Below are positions 22,875-33,062 of a stretch of DNA of 63,527 nt, piece by piece. The notes beneath the pieces were generated by a model, which saw nothing but the letters and a program-made list of their open reading frames with translations, had not been told where the DNA came from and did not search any database. The DNA comes from an uncultured bacterium. Its GTDB lineage: Bacteria; Omnitrophota; Omnitrophia; Omnitrophales; Aquincolibacteriaceae. How positions within the stretch are numbered: position 1 is the first letter of the stretch; each line of letters opens with the position of its first letter. The DNA lies in the NCBI GenBank assembly GCA_964373045.1, contig CAYJSI010000008.1, forward strand, positions 1 through 63,527, read 5' to 3'. Made by a program: the position numbers and the translations under genes.

Positions 22875-24234
22875 CTGCTATTTCTCCAATATCCCCCGCC
22901 CCGAGAAAGGCCACGATGCCATGAAGATCGCGGCGTCCCAAAAGGTCCGCAAGGATGTTCTGTTTATTGACAACCCGAACCGAGGAGTGGCCGAAGCGTT
23001 GGACTTCGTCATAGATCAAGCGCACATCCATATGGGCGTGATTCTTTTCTCCGGCCGCGTAGATATCTGTCAGGATTAACTCATCGGCATCGCCGAAAGC
23101 GCCCGCAAATTCATGCAGGAGGTGCTGGGTCCGCGAATAGCGGTGCGGCTGGAAGACCACCGTCACGCGACGTCCCGAATTCTTAAGCGCCCGGATCGAA
23201 GCCTTCACTTCGGTGGGGTGATGGGCATAATCATCCACGATCCACAAATCCTCAGACTCCCATTTAATCTCAAGCCGCCTTCTTGCGCCGCGGAACTTTG
23301 AAAGGGCACTTCCCACTTCATCGGGGTCCAGCCCGAGCTGTACAAGGAGGGCCATCGAGGCCAGGGCGTTCGAGATATTATGAAGGCCGGGAACTGAGAG
23401 CTCAAAACGCCCCACAAAGATTCCCGTCTCAAGGAGATCAAATTCAGAGCCGTAACCGCTCAATTGAATGCTCTCGGCCGCAAAATCAGCTTTCCCCAAA
23501 ATGCCGAAACTCAATCGCGGCTTCCCGCTCGACTCTACAATCTTACTTAAGACCGGGTCATCCGCGGAATAAATGACCAGGCCTGGATTTCTGGTATTTT
23601 GAACAAATTTTTCAAAGGAGCGTTTGAGCGTCTCCAAATCCTTATAATGATCGAGGTGATCTTCTTCGAGATTCGTCAAAACGGCGTAATTGGGAGCATA
23701 AAACTCGTGGGTTTGATCGCTCTCATCGACTTCCGAAATCCAAAGGTCCGAACCTCCCAGGATGGCATTGGTTCCGAAATTAAGGACATCTCCCCCTACC
23801 AAACAGGTCGGATTTTTTCCAAGGGTTGAAAGGACAAAGGAGATCATAGACGAGGTGGTCGTTTTGCCGTGCGTCCCCGTGATGGCCACCGAGGTCCTCG
23901 CTTGATTTAAAAGGGAGGAGAGAATTTCGGCGCGGTGATGGACTTTTCTTCCTTCGTCACGGGCTGTTTTAAGTTCCAGTTGATCGGGGCGAATAGCAGA
24001 GGAATAAATAATGAGGTCGGAATCACCGAACGTAATCTGATCCTGGCCGATAAAAACTTGAATGCCTGATTGCGTCAGCTCGCGGGTGGTGCGGCTTTCG
24101 TGCCGATCCGAGCCCAGCACTTCTAACCCGCGGTGTTTGAGCACGCGGGCAAGGGCGCTCATCCCCACTCCCCCGATTCCGATAAAAAATGCCCGGCGGC
24201 TTGCTCCGATGAGGTCTTCGTCAATCACGGTCAT
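22834..24234 (-). CDS. murC: UDP-N-acetylmuramate--L-alanine ligase
   Basis: FFIGIGGVGMSALARVLKHRG, GTHGKTTTSSM. The likely start is ATG 24234, which overlaps the murG stop (ATGA). The track ORF extends to 24351. Confidence 0.93.
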   Translation of the reverse strand: MTVIDEDLIGASRRAFFIGIGGVGMSALARVLKHRGLEVLGSDRHESRTTRELTQSGIQVFIGQDQITFGDSDLIIYSSAIRPDQLELKTARDEGRKVHHRAEILSSLLNQARTSVAITGTHGKTTTSSMISFVLSTLGKNPTCLVGGDVLNFGTNAILGGSDLWISEVDESDQTHEFYAPNYAVLTNLEEDHLDHYKDLETLKRSFEKFVQNTRNPGLVIYSADDPVLSKIVESSGKPRLSFGILGKADFAAESIQLSGYGSEFDLLETGIFVGRFELSVPGLHNISNALASMALLVQLGLDPDEVGSALSKFRGARRRLEIKWESEDLWIVDDYAHHPTEVKASIRALKNSGRRVTVVFQPHRYSRTQHLLHEFAGAFGDADELILTDIYAAGEKNHAHMDVRLIYDEVQRFGHSSVRVVNKQNILADLLGRRDLHGIVAFLGAGDIGEIADEFANRFKDLAQA

Positions 24235-25430
24235 TGAAGAATCTTTTTCTCCAGTAATTGTCCGGCTAAATGCGCTAATTTCTCCGCGGCCCCCGGCTTG
24301 GCAACATTTCCGATCATCCAGGACATGGTTTTTTGATGGTGAGGGTCGCATCGAAGCGTGCGGATCACTTCAAGAAGCCACTCCCCATTCACCCGTCCTT
24401 CGCGCTCGCAGAAGACGGCGCGGTGCGATTTAAAAAAATCCGCGTTGGCCTCCTGATGCGAGCCGGCATGGGGATAAGGAATCACGGCCGCAGGCACCTT
24501 AAAGAGGGCCAATTCAAAAAGGGTATTGGCCCCCGCACGCGTGAGCGCAAGATCAGAGCGCCCGTAAAGCTCATCCATCTTTTCAAAGAAGGGGTAGATC
24601 TCAAGGCGCATTCCGAGAACCTCGTAAAGACCTTTGATCACCGAAAAATCTCTTTGTCCCGTGATATGAATAACGGCAATTTCCTGCTTTTCCTCAGGGG
24701 TTAATCGGCGAAAACATTCCAACGCGACTTCATTCAGGCGTTTTGCGCCTTGAGATCCCCCCACCACAAGGATCGTGAATCGATTTTCCGGGCCCGCTGA
24801 CCCGCGCCTTGATCGCTGGCCGCTCTCCTGGTGAGCCACGGCAGCCTTTTCCAAAAAAGAGCGGAGGGGAAGTCCGGTGACGACCCATTGCTTTAATTTC
24901 TGGCGCGCCAGGGTCTCCTCAAAGGTCACGGCCACGCCATCCATATGAGGCGCAAGCCATTCGGTCGCCCTCCCGGGATGAAAATTTTGTTCATGAATGA
25001 GTGTCGGTATTTTAAAGAACCGACTGACGAGCATGCCCGGGTAGGAAACAAAGCTCCCGAAACCGACGCTTAACTCCGGCTTTATTTGACGAATCAAGAC
25101 CACGGATAAAAAAAAGGCCTGGAGGAGCCTGAACAAAAAGCGCAGGGTGCGCCATGAAAAATCTGAAGGAGATGGAAACTCGGGAAGATAATAAACGCCG
25201 CGAAAGGCTCCTTCCGGCATCCGCTCCACAAGCGTTTGGCCCCGCCGGCTTGTCACAAGCGTCAAACTCGAGCTGGGATATTCCTGGGAAAATTTTTCGG
25301 CAAAGGCAAGGGCGGGAAAGAGGTGGCCGCCTGAGGGGCCGGCAAAAACAAGAATGTTTCGCCGCCCATGATTACTGTGATCGATGCTGGGAGAAATCGT
25401 TTTTTTAATCTCGAACAAAAGTTCCGGCAT
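24231..25430 (-). CDS. murG: Undecaprenyldiphospho-muramoylpentapeptide beta-N-acetylglucosaminyltransferase
   Basis: VFAGPSGGHLFPALAFAEKF N-terminal motif; GT28 C-terminal block RAGANTLFEL. Confidence 0.92.
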   Translation of the reverse strand: MPELLFEIKKTISPSIDHSNHGRRNILVFAGPSGGHLFPALAFAEKFSQEYPSSSLTLVTSRRGQTLVERMPEGAFRGVYYLPEFPSPSDFSWRTLRFLFRLLQAFFLSVVLIRQIKPELSVGFGSFVSYPGMLVSRFFKIPTLIHEQNFHPGRATEWLAPHMDGVAVTFEETLARQKLKQWVVTGLPLRSFLEKAAVAHQESGQRSRRGSAGPENRFTILVVGGSQGAKRLNEVALECFRRLTPEEKQEIAVIHITGQRDFSVIKGLYEVLGMRLEIYPFFEKMDELYGRSDLALTRAGANTLFELALFKVPAAVIPYPHAGSHQEANADFFKSHRAVFCEREGRVNGEWLLEVIRTLRCDPHHQKTMSWMIGNVAKPGAAEKLAHLAGQLLEKKILQ

Positions 25431-25437
25431 TTAAATT

Positions 25438-26544
25438 CTAAACCCGTTTTCGCTTGAGTTGAAACTGGCGGTCGGTTCCCAAGAGGAGGCCGACGGCCAT
25501 TAAATTGAAAAGGAGCGAGGTCCCGCCAAAGCTCACAAAGGGAAGCGGCAACCCTTTGGTCGGAATGAGACCTACCGTCACCAGCATATGGATCAAGGCC
25601 TGTAAGACAATCATGAGGGTGAGCGAGACGATTAAAAATTTTTCATAGTCTTGATGGGCCTTCTCCGCCATCTGAATCCCGCAGACAAAAATCACAAGGT
25701 AGAGCAGCATCACGCCAAAAACTCCAAAGAGGCCCAATTCCTCAGCAATCACCGAAAAGATGAAGTCATTATAGCTCGAGGGCAGATAAAATAGCTTTTG
25801 AATTCCCTCGCCCAGCCCAACCCCCTTCAAACCACCCAAGGCAAAGGACAAGAGCGATTGAATCATTTGAAAACCGCTGCCTTGAGGATCGTTCCAGGGA
25901 TTGAGATAGGCCGTCACACGCGCCAAACGATAAGGGACCCGCACCACCACCAAATAGAAAATAGGGAGGATGACCAAAAAAGCGGTAAGGACATAATGAA
26001 GCCGAACGCCGGACCAGAAAAAAAGGATGGCGACCAAAAGCAAGATGAAGGCGCAGGAACCAAGATCGGGTTGAAGAATCGTGAGAACGCAGGCAATGCC
26101 GACCAAAAGAAGCGGGGGTCCAAAAACACGAAGGTCGCCTGTTTTGATCATTTTCTTTTTCCGGGAAAGGTAATCCGCCAGGTAGATACAAGAGGCGATC
26201 TTGGCAAATTCCGCCGGTTGAAAATTGAAAAATCCAAGTGAGATCCAGCGCCTCGCGCCCCCCGCAGCATGGCCGATCACGGGAAAGTAAACCATCGTAA
26301 GAAATACAATCGCAAGCAGCATGCAGCCCCGGGCATTCTCCTTCCAAAAATTCACAGGAATCGAAGCGGTGATAAAAAGGACCGTGGTCCCGACCACGGC
26401 GTAAACGATCTGTCTGAGGAGATAATACTGAAAGTTGTCATGAAAATGCTCAGCATAAATGGCGCTTGCGCTGTAAGTCATGACCAGACCCAGGCCCACT
26501 AAAATATAGACACAGATAAATAGGATGCGGGATTCTTTAGACAT
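25438..26544 (-). CDS. ftsW: SEDS-family peptidoglycan glycosyltransferase FtsW
   Basis: Multi-TM protein with a QPDLGS motif. The likely start is ATG 26544 (MSKESRILF..). The track ORF extends to 26784 through the murD 3' end. Confidence 0.9.
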   Translation of the reverse strand: MSKESRILFICVYILVGLGLVMTYSASAIYAEHFHDNFQYYLLRQIVYAVVGTTVLFITASIPVNFWKENARGCMLLAIVFLTMVYFPVIGHAAGGARRWISLGFFNFQPAEFAKIASCIYLADYLSRKKKMIKTGDLRVFGPPLLLVGIACVLTILQPDLGSCAFILLLVAILFFWSGVRLHYVLTAFLVILPIFYLVVVRVPYRLARVTAYLNPWNDPQGSGFQMIQSLLSFALGGLKGVGLGEGIQKLFYLPSSYNDFIFSVIAEELGLFGVFGVMLLYLVIFVCGIQMAEKAHQDYEKFLIVSLTLMIVLQALIHMLVTVGLIPTKGLPLPFVSFGGTSLLFNLMAVGLLLGTDRQFQLKRKRV

Positions 26545-27811
26545 GGGCCGTAGAAGCACCGATAAGCTCGAGGACAATTTTCTTAAAAAGAGCCCCCCGC
26601 TCTTCGTAGTTTTTAAACATATCAAAACTCGCGCACGCAGGTGACAACAACACCACGTCTCCGCGAACCGCGCCCTCCCGGGCCTTATGAACGGCCTCTC
26701 GGAAGGTGCTGCTTTCCTGGATCGGGGCGGCTCCTTCCCAGGCCTTGCGAAGCAGTGGCCGCGCCTCTCCGATGAGGATGGCAAGTTTGACTTTTTGTTT
26801 CACGAGAGAGCGCACCTGATCAAAATCGACGGACTTGGGATGACCTCCCGCAAGCAGCACCACCCTTTGATCCTGAAACTTCTCAAGCGCCCAGGTAAGC
26901 GAAGCTGTCGTCGTGCATTTTGAATCATTAATGTAGTCCACGCCCTCTGAGGTCCCGATCTTCTCAAGGCGATGCGGAATCCCTTCAAAGGTGCTCAAGA
27001 CCTCGTTAACGGTAGACTCCGGACAATCCAAGAGCCTTGCCGTAAGCCTTACCACTTCTTCATTGGGATTAAGCGAGGGGTCCTCCCCAAAATAAGAGAC
27101 ATTGGGCTTCCAAAGACGATTCGGAAAATAACGCTCTTCGTCTTTTTTCCGAATCAAGGCCGCATCGCGCGATGTTTGATTCGTAAAAAGCCGGAGCTTC
27201 GCCCCGACATACTCCGGCATATCCCGGTGCCAATCCTGATGGTTGGGGGCAATATTTAAAAGAATGCCGATCTCGGGGTGAAAGCGCTCGCACTGGGCAA
27301 GCTGGAAGGAACTTAATTCGAGGACGACAAAATCGCCGGGCTTAATTTTCCCCAACTCACCGATCCAGGGGTTGCCGATATTGCCGCAGCAAAAGGCCTT
27401 TCCTGTCGCTTTTTCAAGGACTCGCGAAATCAAGGTCGTCACCGTGGTTTTTCCCGCAGAACCCGTGACTCCGATGATGCGGCTCGATGGGCAATACCAA
27501 CTCGCCACCTCGATTTCACTTCGGATTGGAATTTTGCGTTTAACACATTCCTCATAGATCAAAGCCGTGGGCGGGATGCCCGGCGAAATCAAAACCCAGT
27601 CGCAAGCGAGAATTTTTTCCTTGGAATGCTGTCCCGTCTCGACCTCAATCCCCTCTTGGCGAAGACGGCGGGCATACTCAAGAACCATGTCAGATGCCGC
27701 CTGATCTGAAGCGAAGAGCTGAAAACCCTTTTCTTTGAGAAAGAAGGCGCTGGCGTAACCGCTCTTCCCGAGACCCAAAATGGCGACCTTTCTTCCGAGG
27801 GGCTTTTTCAT
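26537..27811 (-). CDS. murD: UDP-N-acetylmuramoylalanine--D-glutamate ligase
   Basis: VAILGLGKSGYASAFFL, GVTGSAGKTTV. The likely start is ATG 27811, which overlaps the mraY stop (ATGA). Confidence 0.93.
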   Translation of the reverse strand: MKKPLGRKVAILGLGKSGYASAFFLKEKGFQLFASDQAASDMVLEYARRLRQEGIEVETGQHSKEKILACDWVLISPGIPPTALIYEECVKRKIPIRSEIEVASWYCPSSRIIGVTGSAGKTTVTTLISRVLEKATGKAFCCGNIGNPWIGELGKIKPGDFVVLELSSFQLAQCERFHPEIGILLNIAPNHQDWHRDMPEYVGAKLRLFTNQTSRDAALIRKKDEERYFPNRLWKPNVSYFGEDPSLNPNEEVVRLTARLLDCPESTVNEVLSTFEGIPHRLEKIGTSEGVDYINDSKCTTTASLTWALEKFQDQRVVLLAGGHPKSVDFDQVRSLVKQKVKLAILIGEARPLLRKAWEGAAPIQESSTFREAVHKAREGAVRGDVVLLSPACASFDMFKNYEERGALFKKIVLELIGASTAHV

Positions 27812-28893
27812 CGGACCTTGAGGGTGCTTAGCCCCACCACCGCCAGGATGATGGCAATGATCCAAAGCCGAATCGTCACCTTCGATTCGGGCCAGCCTTT
27901 AAGCTGCAAGTGGTGATGGAAAGGAGACATTAAAAAAATCCGCTTTCGGAAAAGCTTAAAGCTAGCTACCTGAAAGATCACGGAAAGCGCCTCCCAGACA
28001 AAAATACCGCCCACAATAATCAAAAGGGCTTCCTTTTTAATCAGAATCGACATGGCGCCAATGGCTCCCCCCAAGGCCAGCGAGCCCGTGTCTCCCATCA
28101 TAACTTCTGCGGGATAGCAATTAAACCAGAGGAATCCAAGGCTCGCTCCGACCAACGCAGCCGCGAAGACCGTCACCTCCCCCGCATCCGGGACATAGGG
28201 AATCGATAGGTAGGCGCTGAAATCCACACGGCCTACGAGATACGAAACAATGGCAAAGGCCGCGGCGGTAAAGACCGTGCACCCGATGGCAAGACCATCT
28301 AGACCATCTGTCAAATTGAGGGCATTGGAGGAGCCCACGAGCACGAGCACGATGAAAGGAATATAAAAAACACCCAGGTAAATCGCCCCTTTTTTAATCA
28401 GAGGAAGATAAAGCCACCGATCAAAATCGGGATCCAGATAAAGATAAAACCCGATGGCGAGCCCCAAGATGAGCTGGCCTGTTATCTTCGTGAGCGAGCT
28501 TAAGCCGCGCGAACTTTTCGAACGCATCTTAAGCCAATCATCGAGAAAACCCACCAGCCCAAACCAGGCGACGGTCGCTAAAAGGATCCAAACAAAACGA
28601 TTGGTCAGATTCCCCCACAAAAACACCGAGATCACCACACTCGCCACAATCAGGATCCCGCCCATGGTCGGCACACTATCCTTGTGGGCATAAAAGGCAT
28701 GGATGGAGGCCGCGTGCTCACGCTTGTTAAAGGCCGTGATCTTGATGTGTTTCAGCCACCCGATCATGCGGGGACCCAGCCACAGGCACAGAATAAAAGC
28801 CGTGATGCTTGCCCCTGCAGAGCGAAACGTGATGTAGCGGAAGAGATTGAAAAGAATAAAAACATCTTTGAGGGAGTGGAGAAAATAAAGCAT
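27808..28893 (-). CDS. mraY: Phospho-N-acetylmuramoyl-pentapeptide transferase
   Basis: 361-aa polytopic protein; NLTDGLDGLA, VMMGDTGSLALGG motifs. Confidence 0.95.
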   Translation of the reverse strand: MLYFLHSLKDVFILFNLFRYITFRSAGASITAFILCLWLGPRMIGWLKHIKITAFNKREHAASIHAFYAHKDSVPTMGGILIVASVVISVFLWGNLTNRFVWILLATVAWFGLVGFLDDWLKMRSKSSRGLSSLTKITGQLILGLAIGFYLYLDPDFDRWLYLPLIKKGAIYLGVFYIPFIVLVLVGSSNALNLTDGLDGLAIGCTVFTAAAFAIVSYLVGRVDFSAYLSIPYVPDAGEVTVFAAALVGASLGFLWFNCYPAEVMMGDTGSLALGGAIGAMSILIKKEALLIIVGGIFVWEALSVIFQVASFKLFRKRIFLMSPFHHHLQLKGWPESKVTIRLWIIAIILAVVGLSTLKVR

Positions 28894-28907
28894 TTTACAG
28901 TTTCAGC

Positions 28908-30386
28908 TCAGACATTCGTGGCAGCTTCTTCGGAGGGTTCGATCCTTCTGTGAGACAGGTATTTTTCCTCAAGGAGCCGGATGGCCTCTTCCACTTTCAT
29001 GCCGCGCGAGGCCTTAAAAAGAAGCACATCGCCCGGATGGATGCGGTCCTTCAGCCACCCCGCCAGCTCTTCTACAGAATCAAAATGTTCCGCCGAAAGA
29101 TTCTGCGATTCGCGGCGCAAAACTTCGATGCTGGCCTTGGTCCTCTCTCCGTAAGCAGCCACGTCATCAAAACCCCATTGAGCAATCTTTTTGCCCAGCT
29201 CCTCATGATAACGTCTTTCCTCGCTGCCTAGTTCTAACATATCGGCAAAAACCAGGATTTTCTTCCCCCTCGCTTCCAAGGCCGCCAGGGTTTCGAGCGA
29301 CTTCTCGAAAGAGGCGGGATTGGCATTGTAGCCATCATCAATGATGCGAATTCCCTCTCCCAATATTTTTTCCTGAAATCGACCCCCGGGGAGTGAAAGC
29401 GAACGCCAGGCCTGCGGGATGGCCTTTAAGTTCAAACCTTGTGTCTCAGCCGCCGCAATCGCCAGGGCGGCATTACGCGCCAGGAAACCCGCGATACCCG
29501 GAAATCGAAAACGCCGGCCATTGACCGCAAACCGCACCCAGCCGTTTTTGACCTCGACCTTTGAAATTTGATAGTCCGCCTGCTTAGAAGCGCCCACGCG
29601 AATGCACTGAAGGCCGAGCGCGGCGGCGCGGTCTTTTAAAATGGAATCCTCTTCGGGGAAGATCGCCGAGGCACCGGCGGGCAGGGATTCAAAGAGTTCC
29701 AGCTTCGCCTGATAGATCCCTTCAAGAGATCCGAAGCCCTCCAAGTGGGCCGGGGAAACTTGCGTGATCATTCCGCAGGTGGGTTTAAGAATGTCGGCCA
29801 GATACCGAATCTCACCCGCGTGATTGGCGCCGAGCTCCGCCACGCAAAAACGATCGCCGGGGGTGAGTCTGAGCAGGGTCAGAGGCAGCCCGAGGTGGTT
29901 ATTGAAATTTCCCGCGTTGGCGAGGACGGGATATTTTTGGCGCAGGACATATTGTAAAAATTCTTTGGTGCTCGTTTTGCCGACGCTTCCCGTAATTCCG
30001 ATGACCTTGAGATCAAAACGCGAGCGCTGCCATTTCGCAATGTCGGTTAAAGCCTGCTCGGGATCCTGAACCGCAAGAAGATTCTGAAAAGGAACGGTAG
30101 GGTTTGAAAATCGATCAGGATTTGAATCGAGGACCTCGCGGCGTAGGAGTGCCCCCGAAGCCCCTTTTCGGAATGCTTCTTCTAAAAAAGTGTGGCCGTC
30201 CCGCCCGGAACCCTTGAGGGCAATAAAAAGATCGCCGGGCTGAATGGAGCGGGTATCGATCGAGGCACCGGTGACATGAATATAGTAATGGGGACGCTCA
30301 ATGGGAACGCCGAGGAGGCGGGAAAGCTCAGGAAAGGAAAACACCACTTTTCCTTTTAAGAGAGTCCTGAACCATGAGCCGATCAT
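28908..30386 (-). CDS. murF: UDP-N-acetylmuramoyl-tripeptide--D-alanyl-D-alanine ligase
   Basis: IGITGSVGKTSTKEFL; Mur ligase middle and C-terminal domains. Confidence 0.92.
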   Translation of the reverse strand: MIGSWFRTLLKGKVVFSFPELSRLLGVPIERPHYYIHVTGASIDTRSIQPGDLFIALKGSGRDGHTFLEEAFRKGASGALLRREVLDSNPDRFSNPTVPFQNLLAVQDPEQALTDIAKWQRSRFDLKVIGITGSVGKTSTKEFLQYVLRQKYPVLANAGNFNNHLGLPLTLLRLTPGDRFCVAELGANHAGEIRYLADILKPTCGMITQVSPAHLEGFGSLEGIYQAKLELFESLPAGASAIFPEEDSILKDRAAALGLQCIRVGASKQADYQISKVEVKNGWVRFAVNGRRFRFPGIAGFLARNAALAIAAAETQGLNLKAIPQAWRSLSLPGGRFQEKILGEGIRIIDDGYNANPASFEKSLETLAALEARGKKILVFADMLELGSEERRYHEELGKKIAQWGFDDVAAYGERTKASIEVLRRESQNLSAEHFDSVEELAGWLKDRIHPGDVLLFKASRGMKVEEAIRLLEEKYLSHRRIEPSEEAATNV

Positions 30387-31809
30387 CGAAGGGGATTTTC
30401 CGCTCCCCTAAGATCTGATAATCCTCATGCCCCTTGCCCAGGACAAAGAGCACATCTCCCGGCTCGGCCATGGCAATCAACTTATCGATGGCCTCCCGCC
30501 GATCGATGACTTCCAGCACATGGTCTCTCGGAGTCTCCGCAGGAATACCTTTTTTGATGTCCCGCAAAATCATCTCCGGATTCTCGGACCGGGGATTGTC
30601 GGAAGTCAGCACCACCACATCCGAATAGCGGCACGCGGCCTGCGCCATCAAGGGGCGCTTCGTGCGGTCGCGATCGCCTCCGCATCCAAAAAGGGTAAGA
30701 ATTCGATGAGGATTCAATTTTCGAGCCTCCCGTAAAACATTTTCAATGGCATCCGGCGTGTGGGCATAATCCACAAAAACCTGAAAACCCTCCGAACCCA
30801 CGACCTGCTCAAGACGGCCTGGGATCCCGGGAATTTCCTGCAGCATGCCTCGAAATTCTTCCGGATCGTATCCTAAAAGATCGAGCCCCGCCAAGACCGC
30901 GACCACATTGGCGACATTGTGGCGCAGCGGCAATCGAATCTGGAACGGGGCCTCCCTTCCCTTGAAGCGCAGCTTAAATCGGCTGCCCTGAAAAGACGGC
31001 TCTATCTCTACCGCTTGATAGTCGGCCGCATCCGTTAAACTGAAACTCTTGGCTTGCGGATGCTCGGATAAGATTCTGCGTCCATACGGGCAATCCCGAT
31101 TAATGAGCATGCGCCGCGGCTCCGGCTGCGAGGTGAAAAGGCGGCGCTTGGCCTGAAAATAATCTTCAAGATTTTTATGATAATCCAGGTGATCTTGGGT
31201 CAGCTGGGTAAAGATGGCGAGTTCAAAGGCAAGGCCATAAACTCTGCGCTGATCGAGGGCGTGCGATGAAACCTCCATGACACAGTGCCGTACCTTCTCG
31301 CGATCCATTTGATGAAGAAGCGGAATCAAGACCTCTGCCCCCGGCGTCGTATTGGGGGCCGGCAATTTTTCTCCGGGAAGCTCATACCACAAAGTCCCCA
31401 CATAAGCCGATTTGGCTTTTTCTCTTAGCAACCGATGGAGTAAATAGGCGACTGTGGTCTTCCCGTTCGTCCCGGTCACGCCTACCAATTTGACACGCTC
31501 ATCGGGGTGCCGGTAGAAACGATTGAGAAGCTGTGACAGGCAGGCCTGAGAATCTTGGACACGGAGAAGGACGACCTTGGGCGGGATCGTAAATTCAGGG
31601 GTTCGTTCGCAAACAATGACCGAAATTTTGGCGACCAGGGCCTCGCCGATGAAATCGTGACCGTCCATCCGAGATCCGGAGCAGGCCACAAAGACATCCC
31701 CTGCTTCGAGGAGACGAGAATCCGACGTCACCTTTCCAATGGAGCGGTGCGGATCCCAATGAATTTTTTCCAGGACGGATATTCCGTCAAAAAGCGCGCC
31801 CAGCTTCAC
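30328..31809 (-). CDS. murE: UDP-N-acetylmuramoyl-L-alanyl-D-glutamate--2,6-diaminopimelate ligase
   Basis: VGVTGTNGKTTVAYLL; DNPRSE motif. Confidence 0.92.
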   Translation of the reverse strand: MKLGALFDGISVLEKIHWDPHRSIGKVTSDSRLLEAGDVFVACSGSRMDGHDFIGEALVAKISVIVCERTPEFTIPPKVVLLRVQDSQACLSQLLNRFYRHPDERVKLVGVTGTNGKTTVAYLLHRLLREKAKSAYVGTLWYELPGEKLPAPNTTPGAEVLIPLLHQMDREKVRHCVMEVSSHALDQRRVYGLAFELAIFTQLTQDHLDYHKNLEDYFQAKRRLFTSQPEPRRMLINRDCPYGRRILSEHPQAKSFSLTDAADYQAVEIEPSFQGSRFKLRFKGREAPFQIRLPLRHNVANVVAVLAGLDLLGYDPEEFRGMLQEIPGIPGRLEQVVGSEGFQVFVDYAHTPDAIENVLREARKLNPHRILTLFGCGGDRDRTKRPLMAQAACRYSDVVVLTSDNPRSENPEMILRDIKKGIPAETPRDHVLEVIDRREAIDKLIAMAEPGDVLFVLGKGHEDYQILGERKIPFDDRLMVQDSLKRKSGVFLS

Positions 31810-31854
31810 GCACGCACCCTGAACTGAGTTCTTGACTTCTATTGACTAAGATAA

Positions 31855-32322
31855 TTATGTTTCGGATTTTTTGATGCGAAACTGAAACACGGAAGAATGG
31901 GCATCGACTTCATATATCTCTTTGATTCCGTCCGTCCCCAGCCCTAAATCCGCAATAAAACGGTCCAGCACAACCTCAGACACGCCTTCGATCTGCGACC
32001 ACTCGCCCAATAATTTTGCTTGGACATTTTGACTGACGAGTCTAACACGTAAAAGTCGATCATGCAAAAGAGAATGCAAAAAATATTCGACTTGGAGTGT
32101 TCCGGAAACAAGTTCTACCTTCTCTTCCAGTTGAAAGCGGGCATCCCGGAGGTAAAAAACGGGCCGGAAAAGGACGGGAATGAAAGAGCCGCGGATTTTT
32201 ATCTCGAGACGGCGCTCCAGTTCATGCCGGACTAAGAGACCGGCGAGTGGAGAGGAAAGAGTCAGGAGGACCATTGCGATTAAAACACAGGAAAGAAGAC
32301 GGTTTTTCAGGACTTTCGGCAT
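31855..32322 (-). CDS. Hypothetical membrane-anchored protein
   Basis: 155-aa ORF with an N-terminal TM segment (LLSCVLIAMVLLTLSS). It occupies the slot upstream of murE where ftsL/ftsI usually sit. No family was recognised. Confidence 0.55.
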   Translation of the reverse strand: MPKVLKNRLLSCVLIAMVLLTLSSPLAGLLVRHELERRLEIKIRGSFIPVLFRPVFYLRDARFQLEEKVELVSGTLQVEYFLHSLLHDRLLRVRLVSQNVQAKLLGEWSQIEGVSEVVLDRFIADLGLGTDGIKEIYEVDAHSSVFQFRIKKSET

Positions 32323-32417
32323 GAACCCGGTTGGGACTCCGCAGTCATGATTAAAATAATTATAAATTGCATTATCCTGAGCTTGTCCCGCAAACCGAAG
32401 TAACCATGGCGCGTTTT

Positions 32418-33062
32418 CTAGTATTTCTTGGGTGAGATGACAATCTCGACACGGCGATTATTCATCTGCCCCTCGGACGTGCCATTGTCCGCCACGGGAT
32501 GAAACTCTCCGTAACCCGCGACGGCAAGACGCTCAGGAACGAGATTCCCTGCCTCGATGAAATAATAGATGACTTCCAACGCACGGGCCGTGGAAAGCTC
32601 CCAATTAGAGGGCCAACCCGACTGCTGAATAGGAACATTGTCCGTGTGACCTTCTACGTAAATCATCTGGTCTCTTACTTTGCCTTTCAGGATCTCGGCC
32701 ACTTTGCTAAGCGCCGCTTCGGAGGATGGCTTCAGAGTTGCCTTGCCCGAGTCAAAGAGCACGCGGTCGAGAACCGTGACCACAAGCCCCTTCTCCTGCA
32801 TTGAAACCGAGAGGTCCCCAGCGTTCATCTCATCTTGCAGCTTCCACTCGAGCTCTGATTTTGCCCGCACAAGGTCTTGACGGGCCTGCATCAGTTCATC
32901 GAGCTGCCGATTGAGCCGCTCCACCTCATTTTTCAAACTCCGAATGGTCAGGGCCTGTTCCTGGGTGATGCGCGTAAGATCCTGATCCGTCGAGGCGCAG
33001 CCTGCGGCCAGAAGAAGGAGGCCGAGGATTGCCCGATTTTTAAGGCAGAGAATTTTAGGCAT
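32418..33062 (-). CDS. OmpA/MotB-family peptidoglycan-binding lipoprotein with coiled-coil segment
   Basis: The likely start is ATG 33062 (MPKILCLKNRAILGLLLLAAGC, a lipobox). C-terminal OmpA block VEGHTDNVPI..NWELSTARA..NRRVEIV. Confidence 0.88.
   Translation of the reverse strand: MPKILCLKNRAILGLLLLAAGCASTDQDLTRITQEQALTIRSLKNEVERLNRQLDELMQARQDLVRAKSELEWKLQDEMNAGDLSVSMQEKGLVVTVLDRVLFDSGKATLKPSSEAALSKVAEILKGKVRDQMIYVEGHTDNVPIQQSGWPSNWELSTARALEVIYYFIEAGNLVPERLAVAGYGEFHPVADNGTSEGQMNNRRVEIVISPKKY

Noticed and set aside
24235-24351. Long N-terminal extensions in the track for murC (to 24351), ftsW (to 26784), murD (to 27865), the OmpA-like gene (to 33251), rSAM no. 2 (from 50664), the ABC ATPase (from 56399) and the S26 peptidase (from 55732).
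   Set aside because: Each extension overlaps the 3' end of the upstream gene. Internal ATGs give canonical N-termini and 4- to 8-nt coupling overlaps with the upstream stop.
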